DNA from: Elizabethkingia miricola
GTDB lineage: Bacteria > Bacteroidota > Bacteroidia > Flavobacteriales > Weeksellaceae
Reading direction: 5' to 3'
Assembly: GCF_001675285.1 (NCBI RefSeq)
Contig: NZ_LSGQ01000004.1
Coordinates: 69,839-93,838 of the forward strand
DNA: 24,000 bases
This document shows positions 1 through 6,587 of this stretch, piece after piece; positions within the stretch are counted from its first letter, which is position 1, and the number at the start of each line of letters is the position of its first letter. Made by a program: the position numbers and the translations under genes. Under the pieces are notes generated by a model that was not told the origin of the DNA, searched no databases, and saw only the letters and a list, made by a program, of their open reading frames with translations.

Positions 1-302
<302 letters not shown>

Positions 303-379
303 TTAGCTATATGTTTTTTTATTTAAATCTTAAAAATTTGTGCTTTACTTTGTAGCAAGTGTCAAAGATAGCATAAAAA

Positions 380-400
380 CTATTTTTTTCAAAAAAATAG
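380..400 (-). terminator. All-A/T perfect palindrome (CTATTTTTTT-C-AAAAAAATAG) followed on the minus strand by TTTTTAT; weak terminator/attenuator candidate between purH and purD
   Basis: The palindrome is read directly. It starts 23 nt after the purH stop (424-426). The stem is almost entirely A-U, so stability is low. Confidence 0.3.
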
Positions 401-423
401 AAAGTTAATTCCTGTTAATTGAA

Positions 424-1938
424 TTAATGGAAAAAGTGACGCATCCCGGTAAATAACATTGGGATTTCATGCTCGTTTGCAGCCTGAATACTTTCTTCAT
501 CACGCATAGATCCACCTGGCTGAATGATAGCTTTGATCCCTTCTGCAGCACAGAAATCTACAACGTCTCTAAACGGAAAGAAAGCATCTGATGCCAGCAC
601 CAATTCACCACCGAATTTTGCTTTGGCTCTTTCTACTGCATGTTGTGTAGCCCAGATACGGTTAACCTGTCCGCCACCAATTCCTAAAGCCTGCTGGCCA
701 TTGGAAACAACTATTGCATTAGATTTTACATATTTCACAACTCTTTGTGAGAAGATCAATGCTTTTCTCTGCTCTTCTGTAGGTTGTTTTTCAGTTACAA
801 CACTGATGTCTTCAGAAAACTCATCATCAGCATTTTGTACCAGCATACCACCGTCAATTTTCACCCAAACCTGCTTATCAGAAACCGGATGTTTGATTTT
901 GATTACACGAAGATTTTTCTTTTTGTTAAGGATTTCTAAAGCATCAGCATCAAAATCAGGTGCCATAACAATTTCTAAGAAAGTTTCGTTTAATGCAGTC
1001 GCTGTAGCAGCATCTACTTTAAAGTTCATTCCTACAATTCCACCAAAAATGGAAACAGGATCACACTCGAATGTTTTTCTGTATGTTTCTTCCGGCGTTG
1101 TACCTACAGCCACTCCACAAGGTGTAGAATGTTTCACAGCGCAACAAGCCATTTCTTCTTTGAATTCATTTACCACTTTCCAGCAAAGATCCATATCTCT
1201 CAGGTTATTGAAAGAAAGTTCTTTTCCTCCCAGCTGTTCGAAATCCTTCATCGCTCCTTTCTCTACTGTAGAAACATAGTAAGCCGCAGACTGATGTGGA
1301 TTTTCACCGTAACGAAGATTCGCAACTTTTTTGAATGAAGCATTCAGATAGTTAGGATATTCTTCATCCAAAAGCATTTTGGAAATTGCAGCATCATAAG
1401 CCGCTGTAAGGTTGAATACTTTCCCTGCTAACATCTTACGCGTTTCCAGTTGGGTATTTCCTGAAGTTTCAATTTCTTCCTGAATTTTTGCATAATCACC
1501 GGCATCGGTAATTACAGTAACATCAAAGAAACCTTTAGCTGCAGAACGCAACATAGAAGGTCCGCCTATATCGATAAATTCTACTTTTTCTTCTAAAGAA
1601 ATTTCTTTATCGGCATTCTCAAAGAACGGATATAGGTTAACGATTACCATATCGATTAAGCCAATTCCGTGCTCCTGAACAGTTTTCATGTGCTCTTCGT
1701 TTGAACGAATTGCTAAAATACCTCCATGTACTTTTGGGTGCAGCGTTTTTACTCTTCCATCCAGCATCTCCGGAAAGTTTGTTACTTCATCAATCTGAAC
1801 AGGGCTAAGTCCCGCATCTTTCAGATGCTTAAAGGTTCCTCCTGTTGAGATCAGCTCATAATTGTTTTTTTCCAAAAATCTGGCAAAATCGATTAGACCG
1901 CTTTTGTCAGAAACACTAATTAATGCTCTTTTTTTCAT
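424..1938 (-). CDS. purH: Bifunctional AICAR transformylase / IMP cyclohydrolase
   Basis: ORF 424..1962. The protein contains [37 protein letters not shown] and the C-terminal QPGGSxRD...MxFTGxRHFxH motifs typical of PurH. The ORF-track start at 1962 is a TTG. The first ATG (1938-1936, [13 protein letters not shown]-rich upstream context gaaagaaATG) is the more likely start. Confidence 0.93.
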   Translation of the reverse strand: MKKRALISVSDKSGLIDFARFLEKNNYELISTGGTFKHLKDAGLSPVQIDEVTNFPEMLDGRVKTLHPKVHGGILAIRSNEEHMKTVQEHGIGLIDMVIVNLYPFFENADKEISLEEKVEFIDIGGPSMLRSAAKGFFDVTVITDAGDYAKIQEEIETSGNTQLETRKMLAGKVFNLTAAYDAAISKMLLDEEYPNYLNASFKKVANLRYGENPHQSAAYYVSTVEKGAMKDFEQLGGKELSFNNLRDMDLCWKVVNEFKEEMACCAVKHSTPCGVAVGTTPEETYRKTFECDPVSIFGGIVGMNFKVDAATATALNETFLEIVMAPDFDADALEILNKKKNLRVIKIKHPVSDKQVWVKIDGGMLVQNADDEFSEDISVVTEKQPTEEQRKALIFSQRVVKYVKSNAIVVSNGQQALGIGGGQVNRIWATQHAVERAKAKFGGELVLASDAFFPFRDVVDFCAAEGIKAIIQPGGSMRDEESIQAANEHEIPMLFTGMRHFFH

Positions 1939-1992
1939 TTCTTTCTTTACTTTTTGTGCCAATCTTACTTAAGGATTAGCATTTGGAAAACC

Positions 1993-2028
1993 TGCAACAA
2001 TTATTTCCTTTCCCAAATAATTGTTGCA
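1993..2028 (-). other. Perfect 14-bp-stem hairpin (TGCAACAATTATTT / AAATAATTGTTGCA) with an 8-nt loop, in the purN-purH spacer
   Basis: Arms 1993-2006 and 2015-2028 are exact reverse complements. On the minus-strand RNA the loop reads GGGAAAGG and the hairpin is followed by GGUUUUCC, a poor U-tract. Confidence 0.6.
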
Positions 2029-2055
2029 AACGTTCCGTTTTCACTTTTTACTTTT

Positions 2056-2071
2056 GGCTGCTTTCCCAGCC
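2056..2071 (-). other. Short hairpin GGCUG-GGAAAG-CAGCC (minus-strand RNA) in the purN-purH spacer
   Basis: A 5-bp GC-rich stem read directly. The loop and closing G give GGGAAAG, the same heptamer displayed by the loop of the 1993-2028 hairpin. Confidence 0.45.
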
Positions 2072-2105
2072 CGATTTTATTTCAAACTTCTATTAGTCTA
2101 AAGGA

Positions 2106-2669
2106 TTAGCCATTCAGTACTTTCTCAATAGCTAAAGGAAAAATATCGTATTCTATCTGGTGTACTTTACCAGCAATATCTTCCGGCGTATCATTTTCTT
2201 CAACAGTAATCTTTCCCTGCAGGATAATCTCTCCTTCATCTACTCCTGTGGTTACAAAATGTACAGTGGCTCCGGATTCTTTTTCTCCTGCTTCTTTAAC
2301 AGCGTTGTGCACATGCATTCCCCACATTCCTTTCCCTCCGAATTTTGGAAGCAAAGATGGATGAACATTAATCATTTTGCCTTCCCACTTTTCACAAAAC
2401 TCCTGTGTAAGAACGGATAAGAATCCAGCCAGTACAATAAGTGATGTATCTTCAGGAATTACTGTATCCAGTTTCTGGCAAAAATCCTTTCCTCTTTTAA
2501 TTAATTGAAAAGGGATTCCGGCATCTTCAGCTCTTTTTAGTCCGTAACAATCACGGTCAGCAACTACAAGGCTTATTTCTGCATTCTGGATTTCTTTATC
2601 AGTAATAGCTTTTATAATCCTTTGCAAATTAGTTCCTGAGCCTGATACCAGTATTACTATTTTTTTCAT
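2106..2669 (-). CDS. purN: Phosphoribosylglycinamide formyltransferase (GAR transformylase)
   Basis: ORF 2106..2684. Contains MKKIVILVSGSGTNLQ, LAGF, INVHPSLLP and GATVHFV..GVDEG motifs typical of PurN. The ORF-track start at 2684 is a TTG. The ATG at 2669-2667 (tttgaaaATGaaaaaaata) is the likely start. Confidence 0.92.
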   Translation of the reverse strand: MKKIVILVSGSGTNLQRIIKAITDKEIQNAEISLVVADRDCYGLKRAEDAGIPFQLIKRGKDFCQKLDTVIPEDTSLIVLAGFLSVLTQEFCEKWEGKMINVHPSLLPKFGGKGMWGMHVHNAVKEAGEKESGATVHFVTTGVDEGEIILQGKITVEENDTPEDIAGKVHQIEYDIFPLAIEKVLNG

Positions 2670-2672
2670 TTT

Positions 2673-2704
2673 CAAATGTAGCAATGTAGTAATGTAACAA
2701 TGTC
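2673..2704. repeat. Four tandem 8-bp units (plus strand caaatgta|gcaatgta|gtaatgta|acaatgtc; minus strand TACATTNN) directly upstream of the purN start
   Basis: Read directly. The purN-proximal unit reads TACATTTG on the minus strand, an exact match to the Bacteroidota -7 promoter consensus TAnnTTTG. It lies only 3 nt from the purN ATG. Confidence 0.6.
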
Positions 2705-2730
2705 TTTATTGGTATATTGTCACATTACTA
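2687..2730 (-). other. Imperfect hairpin in the purM-purN spacer (TAGTAATGT-A-ACAAT ... ATTGT-C-ACATTACTA, 14 paired positions, one mismatch, 14-nt loop)
   Basis: Arms 2687-2701 and 2716-2730 are read directly. No U-tract follows on the minus strand. The hairpin overlaps the tandem octamers and one of two TATTGGTA direct repeats (2707-2714, 2731-2738). Confidence 0.5.
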
Positions 2731-2746
2731 TATTGGTAAATTATTT

Positions 2747-3733
2747 TTAGATTAATTGGATTTTCTCAGCGTTCTCAGTAATCTCTCCTACAAGGTAAGC
2801 ATCAGGTAAAAGCGCTAAAGCTTTCTGTGCATCAGCTTCTGTAAGGACAACCACCATACCTACTCCCATGTTGAATGTTCCATACATTTCTTCACGTGCT
2901 ATGTTTCCTCTTTTTTCAAGTTCCAACATAATAGAAGGAATTCTGATTTCTTTTGTTTCAACAGTTGCACAAAGTCCTTCAGGAATAATTCTTGGAATAT
3001 TTTCGTACAATCCTCCACCTGTAATGTGAGCAATACCATGAATTTCCATTTCATTCATCAGTTTCTGAATGCTTTGGTAATATAATCTTGTAGGTACCAA
3101 TAATGTTTCGTGAATTGGCTTTCCTTCGAAATCTTCATTGAAGTCAGGGAAAACTTTTCTTACCAGAGAGAAACCATTAGAGTGGAATCCTGAACTTGGT
3201 AAAGCGATAATTTTGTCTCCGGCTTTGATTTTAGAACCGTCAATAACCTGATCTTTTTCTACAATACCTACGCAGAAACCTGCTACATCATAATCTCCAG
3301 GATTATACATTCCCGGCATTTCAGCAGTTTCACCACCAATAAGGGCACATTGATTGTCTTTACAAGCTTCCACCATCCCTAGTACGATTTCAGCTGCTAC
3401 ATCGGCATCTAATTTTCCACAAGCTAAGTAGTCTAAGAAGAATAATGGTTTTGCACCGTGGCATACTATATCATTAGCACACATTGCAAAACAATCGATT
3501 CCTATAGAACCATATTGTTTGGTATCCAATGCAATTTTCAGTTTGGTACCAACTCCATCTGTACCACTTACCAGTACCGGGTTTTTGTAACCACCAATTT
3601 CATAAAAAGCACCAAAGCTTCCAAGATTGTTTAGCACGTTTGGGTTATGTGTTTCACTAACGGCCTTTTTTATCTTGTCCACCGTTTTGTACCCTTCTTC
3701 TTTGTCAACTCCTGCGGATTTGTAGGTATTCAT
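2747..3733 (-). CDS. purM: Phosphoribosylformylglycinamidine cyclo-ligase (AIR synthetase)
   Basis: ORF of 328 aa. Contains YKSAGVD, SGTDGVGTKL, DCxAMCxND, GGETAEMPG and HITGGG motifs typical of PurM. Confidence 0.93.
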   Translation of the reverse strand: MNTYKSAGVDKEEGYKTVDKIKKAVSETHNPNVLNNLGSFGAFYEIGGYKNPVLVSGTDGVGTKLKIALDTKQYGSIGIDCFAMCANDIVCHGAKPLFFLDYLACGKLDADVAAEIVLGMVEACKDNQCALIGGETAEMPGMYNPGDYDVAGFCVGIVEKDQVIDGSKIKAGDKIIALPSSGFHSNGFSLVRKVFPDFNEDFEGKPIHETLLVPTRLYYQSIQKLMNEMEIHGIAHITGGGLYENIPRIIPEGLCATVETKEIRIPSIMLELEKRGNIAREEMYGTFNMGVGMVVVLTEADAQKALALLPDAYLVGEITENAEKIQLI

Positions 3734-3823
3734 TTTTAGTTTTTATTATTTAGTGAATAAAATTACAATTTAAAATTGATCTGAAGTTTTGATTCTCAAT
3801 TTGTTTTATCAAAAAACGTAAAT

Positions 3824-3856
3824 AAAAAAGCCGACAAACTTTTGGAGTCTGTCGGC
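3824..3856 (-). terminator. Rho-independent terminator ending the pirin/FMN-reductase unit
   Basis: Minus-strand RNA reads GCCGACAGACU-CCAAA-AGUUUGUCGGC followed by UUUUUUAUUU. The stem is 11 bp with one G-U/mismatch position. Confidence 0.85.
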
Positions 3857-4007
3857 CATTATTTATCTCAAATTTAAAGGGCACACCGAGTTGTCTTTTC
3901 CTATTGTCCGGGATGACTGATGCTTTTCTTTAAATTGCTTTATGATCTTCACTTCTGAATTTTGATTTGCAAATTTAATAAAATTTACTTTAAAATCCTA
4001 TTAGAAT

Positions 4008-4559
4008 TTATGCATTTACTTTTGCAGCAAATTCTTCTTTTATTTTAGCAATCTTATGCTCTAATTCTTTAGCTTTTTCAGCATCCAGAATACCTTTCTC
4101 AGCATCGAAATTATCTTTGAATTTAGGCAATGAGAAAGTCTCTACAATGTTTGCACCACTATGCGGGAAACGTGCAGTTGCTGCAGCCAATACGTTCGCA
4201 CCACCTTTAGGTCCAGGTGCTGTAGCCATTAAGAAGACATCTTTATCTCCCCAATGTGGTCTTCCCGGAATACGGGATACCCAGTCGAAAACATTCTTGA
4301 AAGCTACTGAATAGCTGCTGTTATGTTCTGCCAAAGACATAATCACTAAATCTGCACTATCAATTTTTTCAGCAAAATTCTTTGCTTCCTGAGGAACTCC
4401 GGATTGCTGCTCTCTGTGAACTCCATAGATAGGCATTTCATAATCGTTAAGATCTAAAAGCTCTACATCATTACTATCAAATTGTTTTGTAACGTACTCT
4501 ACCAATACCTTATTAATTGATGCCGGAGAATTAGTTCCTGCAAAAGCTACTATTTTCAT
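4008..4559 (-). CDS. NAD(P)H-dependent FMN reductase family oxidoreductase (flavodoxin-like fold)
   Basis: ORF of 183 aa. N-terminal MKIVAFAGTNSPASINKxL and SLAEHNSSYS motifs match the FMN_red family (SsuE/ChrR/YieF-like). Size is typical. Confidence 0.8.
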   Translation of the reverse strand: MKIVAFAGTNSPASINKVLVEYVTKQFDSNDVELLDLNDYEMPIYGVHREQQSGVPQEAKNFAEKIDSADLVIMSLAEHNSSYSVAFKNVFDWVSRIPGRPHWGDKDVFLMATAPGPKGGANVLAAATARFPHSGANIVETFSLPKFKDNFDAEKGILDAEKAKELEHKIAKIKEEFAAKVNA

Positions 4560-4595
4560 TTATATCTAATATTATTTTTAGTTATTATTGAAAGC

Positions 4596-4637
4596 GAGCC
4601 ATAATCATTGCTTTTATAACGATATGATTTCCGGCTC
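4596..4637 (-). other. Interrupted hairpin between the pirin and FMN reductase genes
   Basis: GAGCC...ATCAT / ATGAT...GGCTC arms read directly. There is an internal loop and no convincing U-tract, so read-through into the reductase gene is likely. Confidence 0.3.
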
Positions 4638-4666
4638 ATTTATCTATTATCTTTACTCAGTTTAAA

Positions 4667-5395
4667 TTAATGTGCAAAATTAGGCAAATTCATAGGAACA
4701 TCTATAATCAAAAGTTCAGAATTTTCTGTTGCTTCTATATTGAATTTATCTGTATCCCAAATTCCAAATGCATCACGGGTGTTCAATACCTGATCTCCAA
4801 TTTTTACCTGACCGTTTAATACAAACACATAAGCACCATTTCCTTCTCTGTGGATAGGATATTCTTTGCTGAATCCTTTATCAAACTTTGCTAAATTAAA
4901 CCATGCATCCTGATGAATCCATACACCTTCATCATCTGCGTTGGGTGACAAAATCTGTTGAAAATCATTTTTCTTATAACCTTCGGAAACATCAACCTGA
5001 TCATAGCGTGGTGTTACATTTTCTTTGTTAGGAAAAATCCATATCTGCAGAAATTTTACCGCTTTATCCGCATTGGCATTCATTTCACTATGCATTACAC
5101 CAGTACCGGCTGACATTACCTGAATATCTCCTTTTTTAATGATTCCTGCACTTCCCATATTATCTCCATGTTTTAAGTCACCTTCTAACGGAATAGAAAT
5201 AATCTCCATATTGTTATGTGGGTGCTTTCCAAAGCCCATACCACCTTCTACATAATCATCATTTAAAACTCTCAACGTTCCGAAATTTACTCTTTCAGGG
5301 TTAAAGTAACCTGCAAAACTAAAACTGTGTGCACTTTTTAACCAGCCGTGATCTGCGAATCCTCTGCTGTCTGCACTGTGATATACTGTTTTCAT
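4667..5395 (-). CDS. Pirin family protein (bicupin; quercetinase/YhhW-like)
   Basis: ORF of 242 aa. Contains RGxADHGWLxSxHSFSFAxY, LRVxNDD and GFGxHPHxxMEIISxxLEGxLxHxD, the pirin N-terminal cupin metal-binding signature. Confidence 0.88.
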   Translation of the reverse strand: MKTVYHSADSRGFADHGWLKSAHSFSFAGYFNPERVNFGTLRVLNDDYVEGGMGFGKHPHNNMEIISIPLEGDLKHGDNMGSAGIIKKGDIQVMSAGTGVMHSEMNANADKAVKFLQIWIFPNKENVTPRYDQVDVSEGYKKNDFQQILSPNADDEGVWIHQDAWFNLAKFDKGFSKEYPIHREGNGAYVFVLNGQVKIGDQVLNTRDAFGIWDTDKFNIEATENSELLIIDVPMNLPNFAH

Positions 5396-5420
5396 ATGTT
5401 TATGTTTATTTTTTCTTATG

Positions 5421-5428
5421 CAAATTTA
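5421..5428 (-). promoter_or_regulatory. Candidate Bacteroidota -7 promoter box TAAATTTG for the pirin/FMN-reductase unit
   Basis: An exact TAnnTTTG match on the minus strand, 25 nt upstream of the pirin ATG. No clean -33 TTTG is seen at the expected spacing. Such 8-mers occur by chance about a dozen times per strand in AT-rich DNA of this length. Confidence 0.4.
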
Positions 5429-5617
5429 CGCTACCACCAAGGTGAATGAATTGATGTAAGATAAGTAAATAAGTGAATCAATATATTTCATATATTCGTG
5501 AGAAATTAAGATTATATAACTAAATCGAGTGATAATATGATAAAACCTTTATTAATTACATCTTTTACTGCGAAATCAAAATGCTTAGGCGGATATAAAC
5601 AAAAAATTCAGTAAAAG

Positions 5618-6421
5618 ATGGAGAGTATTTTAGAAAACTGCAGCAGTTGCGGTACGACTGTTAACGGAAACTATTGTACTGAGTGTGGACAGAAAAAATT
5701 CAAAAGAATTGACCATACTTATGTGTTTGATGAAGTTAAAAGTTTTGCCTACTATACAGAAAAAGGATTTTTCTATTCTGTTAAAAACATCATATTAAAC
5801 CCCGGAAAAACAGCCAGAAAATTTCTGGAGGGCGACAGAATACACCATTACAAGCCTTTCGCACTTACCATGGTACTCAGTGGGATTTCAATATTATTAT
5901 CCAGCTTCCTTAATATAAAGGACATCATGGAGAACGCAATGAGAGCCTCTAATCAAAATGTATCCGATAAATTCATTGATGCATATTCCACCGGATTCCT
6001 CTCCTATTTCTCCTTTATTATGCTGGCTTTAATACCATTCTTTTCTCTCCTAACCAGGATAGCGTTTAGAAAATGGGGACAAAATTACTACGAGCACCTG
6101 GTCATGAATGCTTATTTTCAATGTTTTTACACCATTGCACTTATTATTATTTTTGATCCTATTTTTTATTTCTTACAGAATGACCCTGTAACAATTGGTA
6201 AAATATCTACTTTATCATATTTAATTGTTCCAATATTACTTTTTTGGTTCTATAAGGGCTTTTATTCAGAGAAAAGTACAAGAAGTATTATTGGCCGTCT
6301 ATTTATTTTTTACCTGCTACAGATTGCAGCTATAATTATCATCTTTATCGGATTGCTTTTAATAGGTTTCCTTATCGGTAAATTTAACCCCGAATTAATA
6401 CAAGGAATGATAAAGAAATAG
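5618..6421 (+). CDS. DUF3667-type membrane protein (N-terminal CxxC...CxxC zinc ribbon plus about 5-6 TM helices)
   Basis: ORF of 267 aa. N-terminal CSSCGTTVNGNYCTECGQK is followed by NPGKTARKFLEGDRIHHYKPF and multiple hydrophobic segments, the typical DUF3667 layout. This is the only plus-strand gene. Confidence 0.6.
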   Translation: MESILENCSSCGTTVNGNYCTECGQKKFKRIDHTYVFDEVKSFAYYTEKGFFYSVKNIILNPGKTARKFLEGDRIHHYKPFALTMVLSGISILLSSFLNIKDIMENAMRASNQNVSDKFIDAYSTGFLSYFSFIMLALIPFFSLLTRIAFRKWGQNYYEHLVMNAYFQCFYTIALIIIFDPIFYFLQNDPVTIGKISTLSYLIVPILLFWFYKGFYSEKSTRSIIGRLFIFYLLQIAAIIIIFIGLLLIGFLIGKFNPELIQGMIKK

Positions 6422-6452
6422 AGTTCTATTACTTCTAAACACCCAATAAAAT

Positions 6453-6494
6453 AAAGACCTATGATATTTCAAACATCATAGGTCTTTTTATTTT
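6453..6494. terminator. Bidirectional rho-independent terminator shared by the DUF3667 gene (+) and the GH97 / PUL unit (-)
   Basis: An 11-bp perfect stem AGACCTATGAT / ATCATAGGTCT (6455-6465 / 6475-6485) with a 9-nt loop. It is followed by TTTTTATTTT on the plus strand and by TTTATTTTATT on the minus strand. Confidence 0.85.
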
Positions 6495-6587
6495 AATCTG
6501 AGACCGAAATAAAGTAATTTATATATTTCACCTCGTCAGTCTGAGTGATTTTTTGTTTCAAAAATCGTATCGAAAACTCAGGCTAAT

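Noticed and set aside
524-1279. A 251-aa ORF on the plus strand, antisense to and fully nested in purH. It is unusually long for an AT-rich genome.
   Set aside because: The translation is low-complexity (S/T/C/F/P-rich) with no recognisable motifs. It lies entirely inside a strongly conserved enzyme gene and has no start context, promoter or terminator of its own. This is a typical shadow ORF produced by the codon bias of the sense gene.
1939-1962. 5' extensions of purH (to 1962) and purN (2670-2684) in the ORF track.
   Set aside because: Both extended starts are TTG codons. The first in-frame ATGs (1938, 2669) give the conserved [12 protein letters not shown] and MKKIVILVSGSG N-termini and have A-rich upstream contexts typical of Bacteroidota starts.
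1971-2110. A 10-bp direct repeat AAGGATTAGC (1971-1980 and 2101-2110) flanking the purN-purH spacer, considered as a possible target-site duplication of a MITE-like insertion.
   Set aside because: The ~120 bp between the copies has no terminal inverted repeats and no other copy in the window. One repeat overlaps the purN stop codon. Chance or a shared regulatory word is more likely. The observation is kept as a note under the spacer finding.
5537-5614. A 25-codon plus-strand uORF (MIKPLLITSFTAKSKCLGGYKQKIQ) ending 3 nt before the DUF3667 start.
   Set aside because: There is no independent evidence for it. AT-rich spacers generate such ORFs by chance. It could only be supported by ribosome profiling or conservation.
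6495-6587. A two-helix hairpin (CTGAGT...GATTTTT-loop-AAAAATC-ACTCAG) immediately after the GH97 stop.
   Set aside because: It has a large 9-nt asymmetric bulge and no U-tract. The strong bidirectional terminator about 50 nt further on explains termination. It may be a stabilising structure but cannot be supported further.
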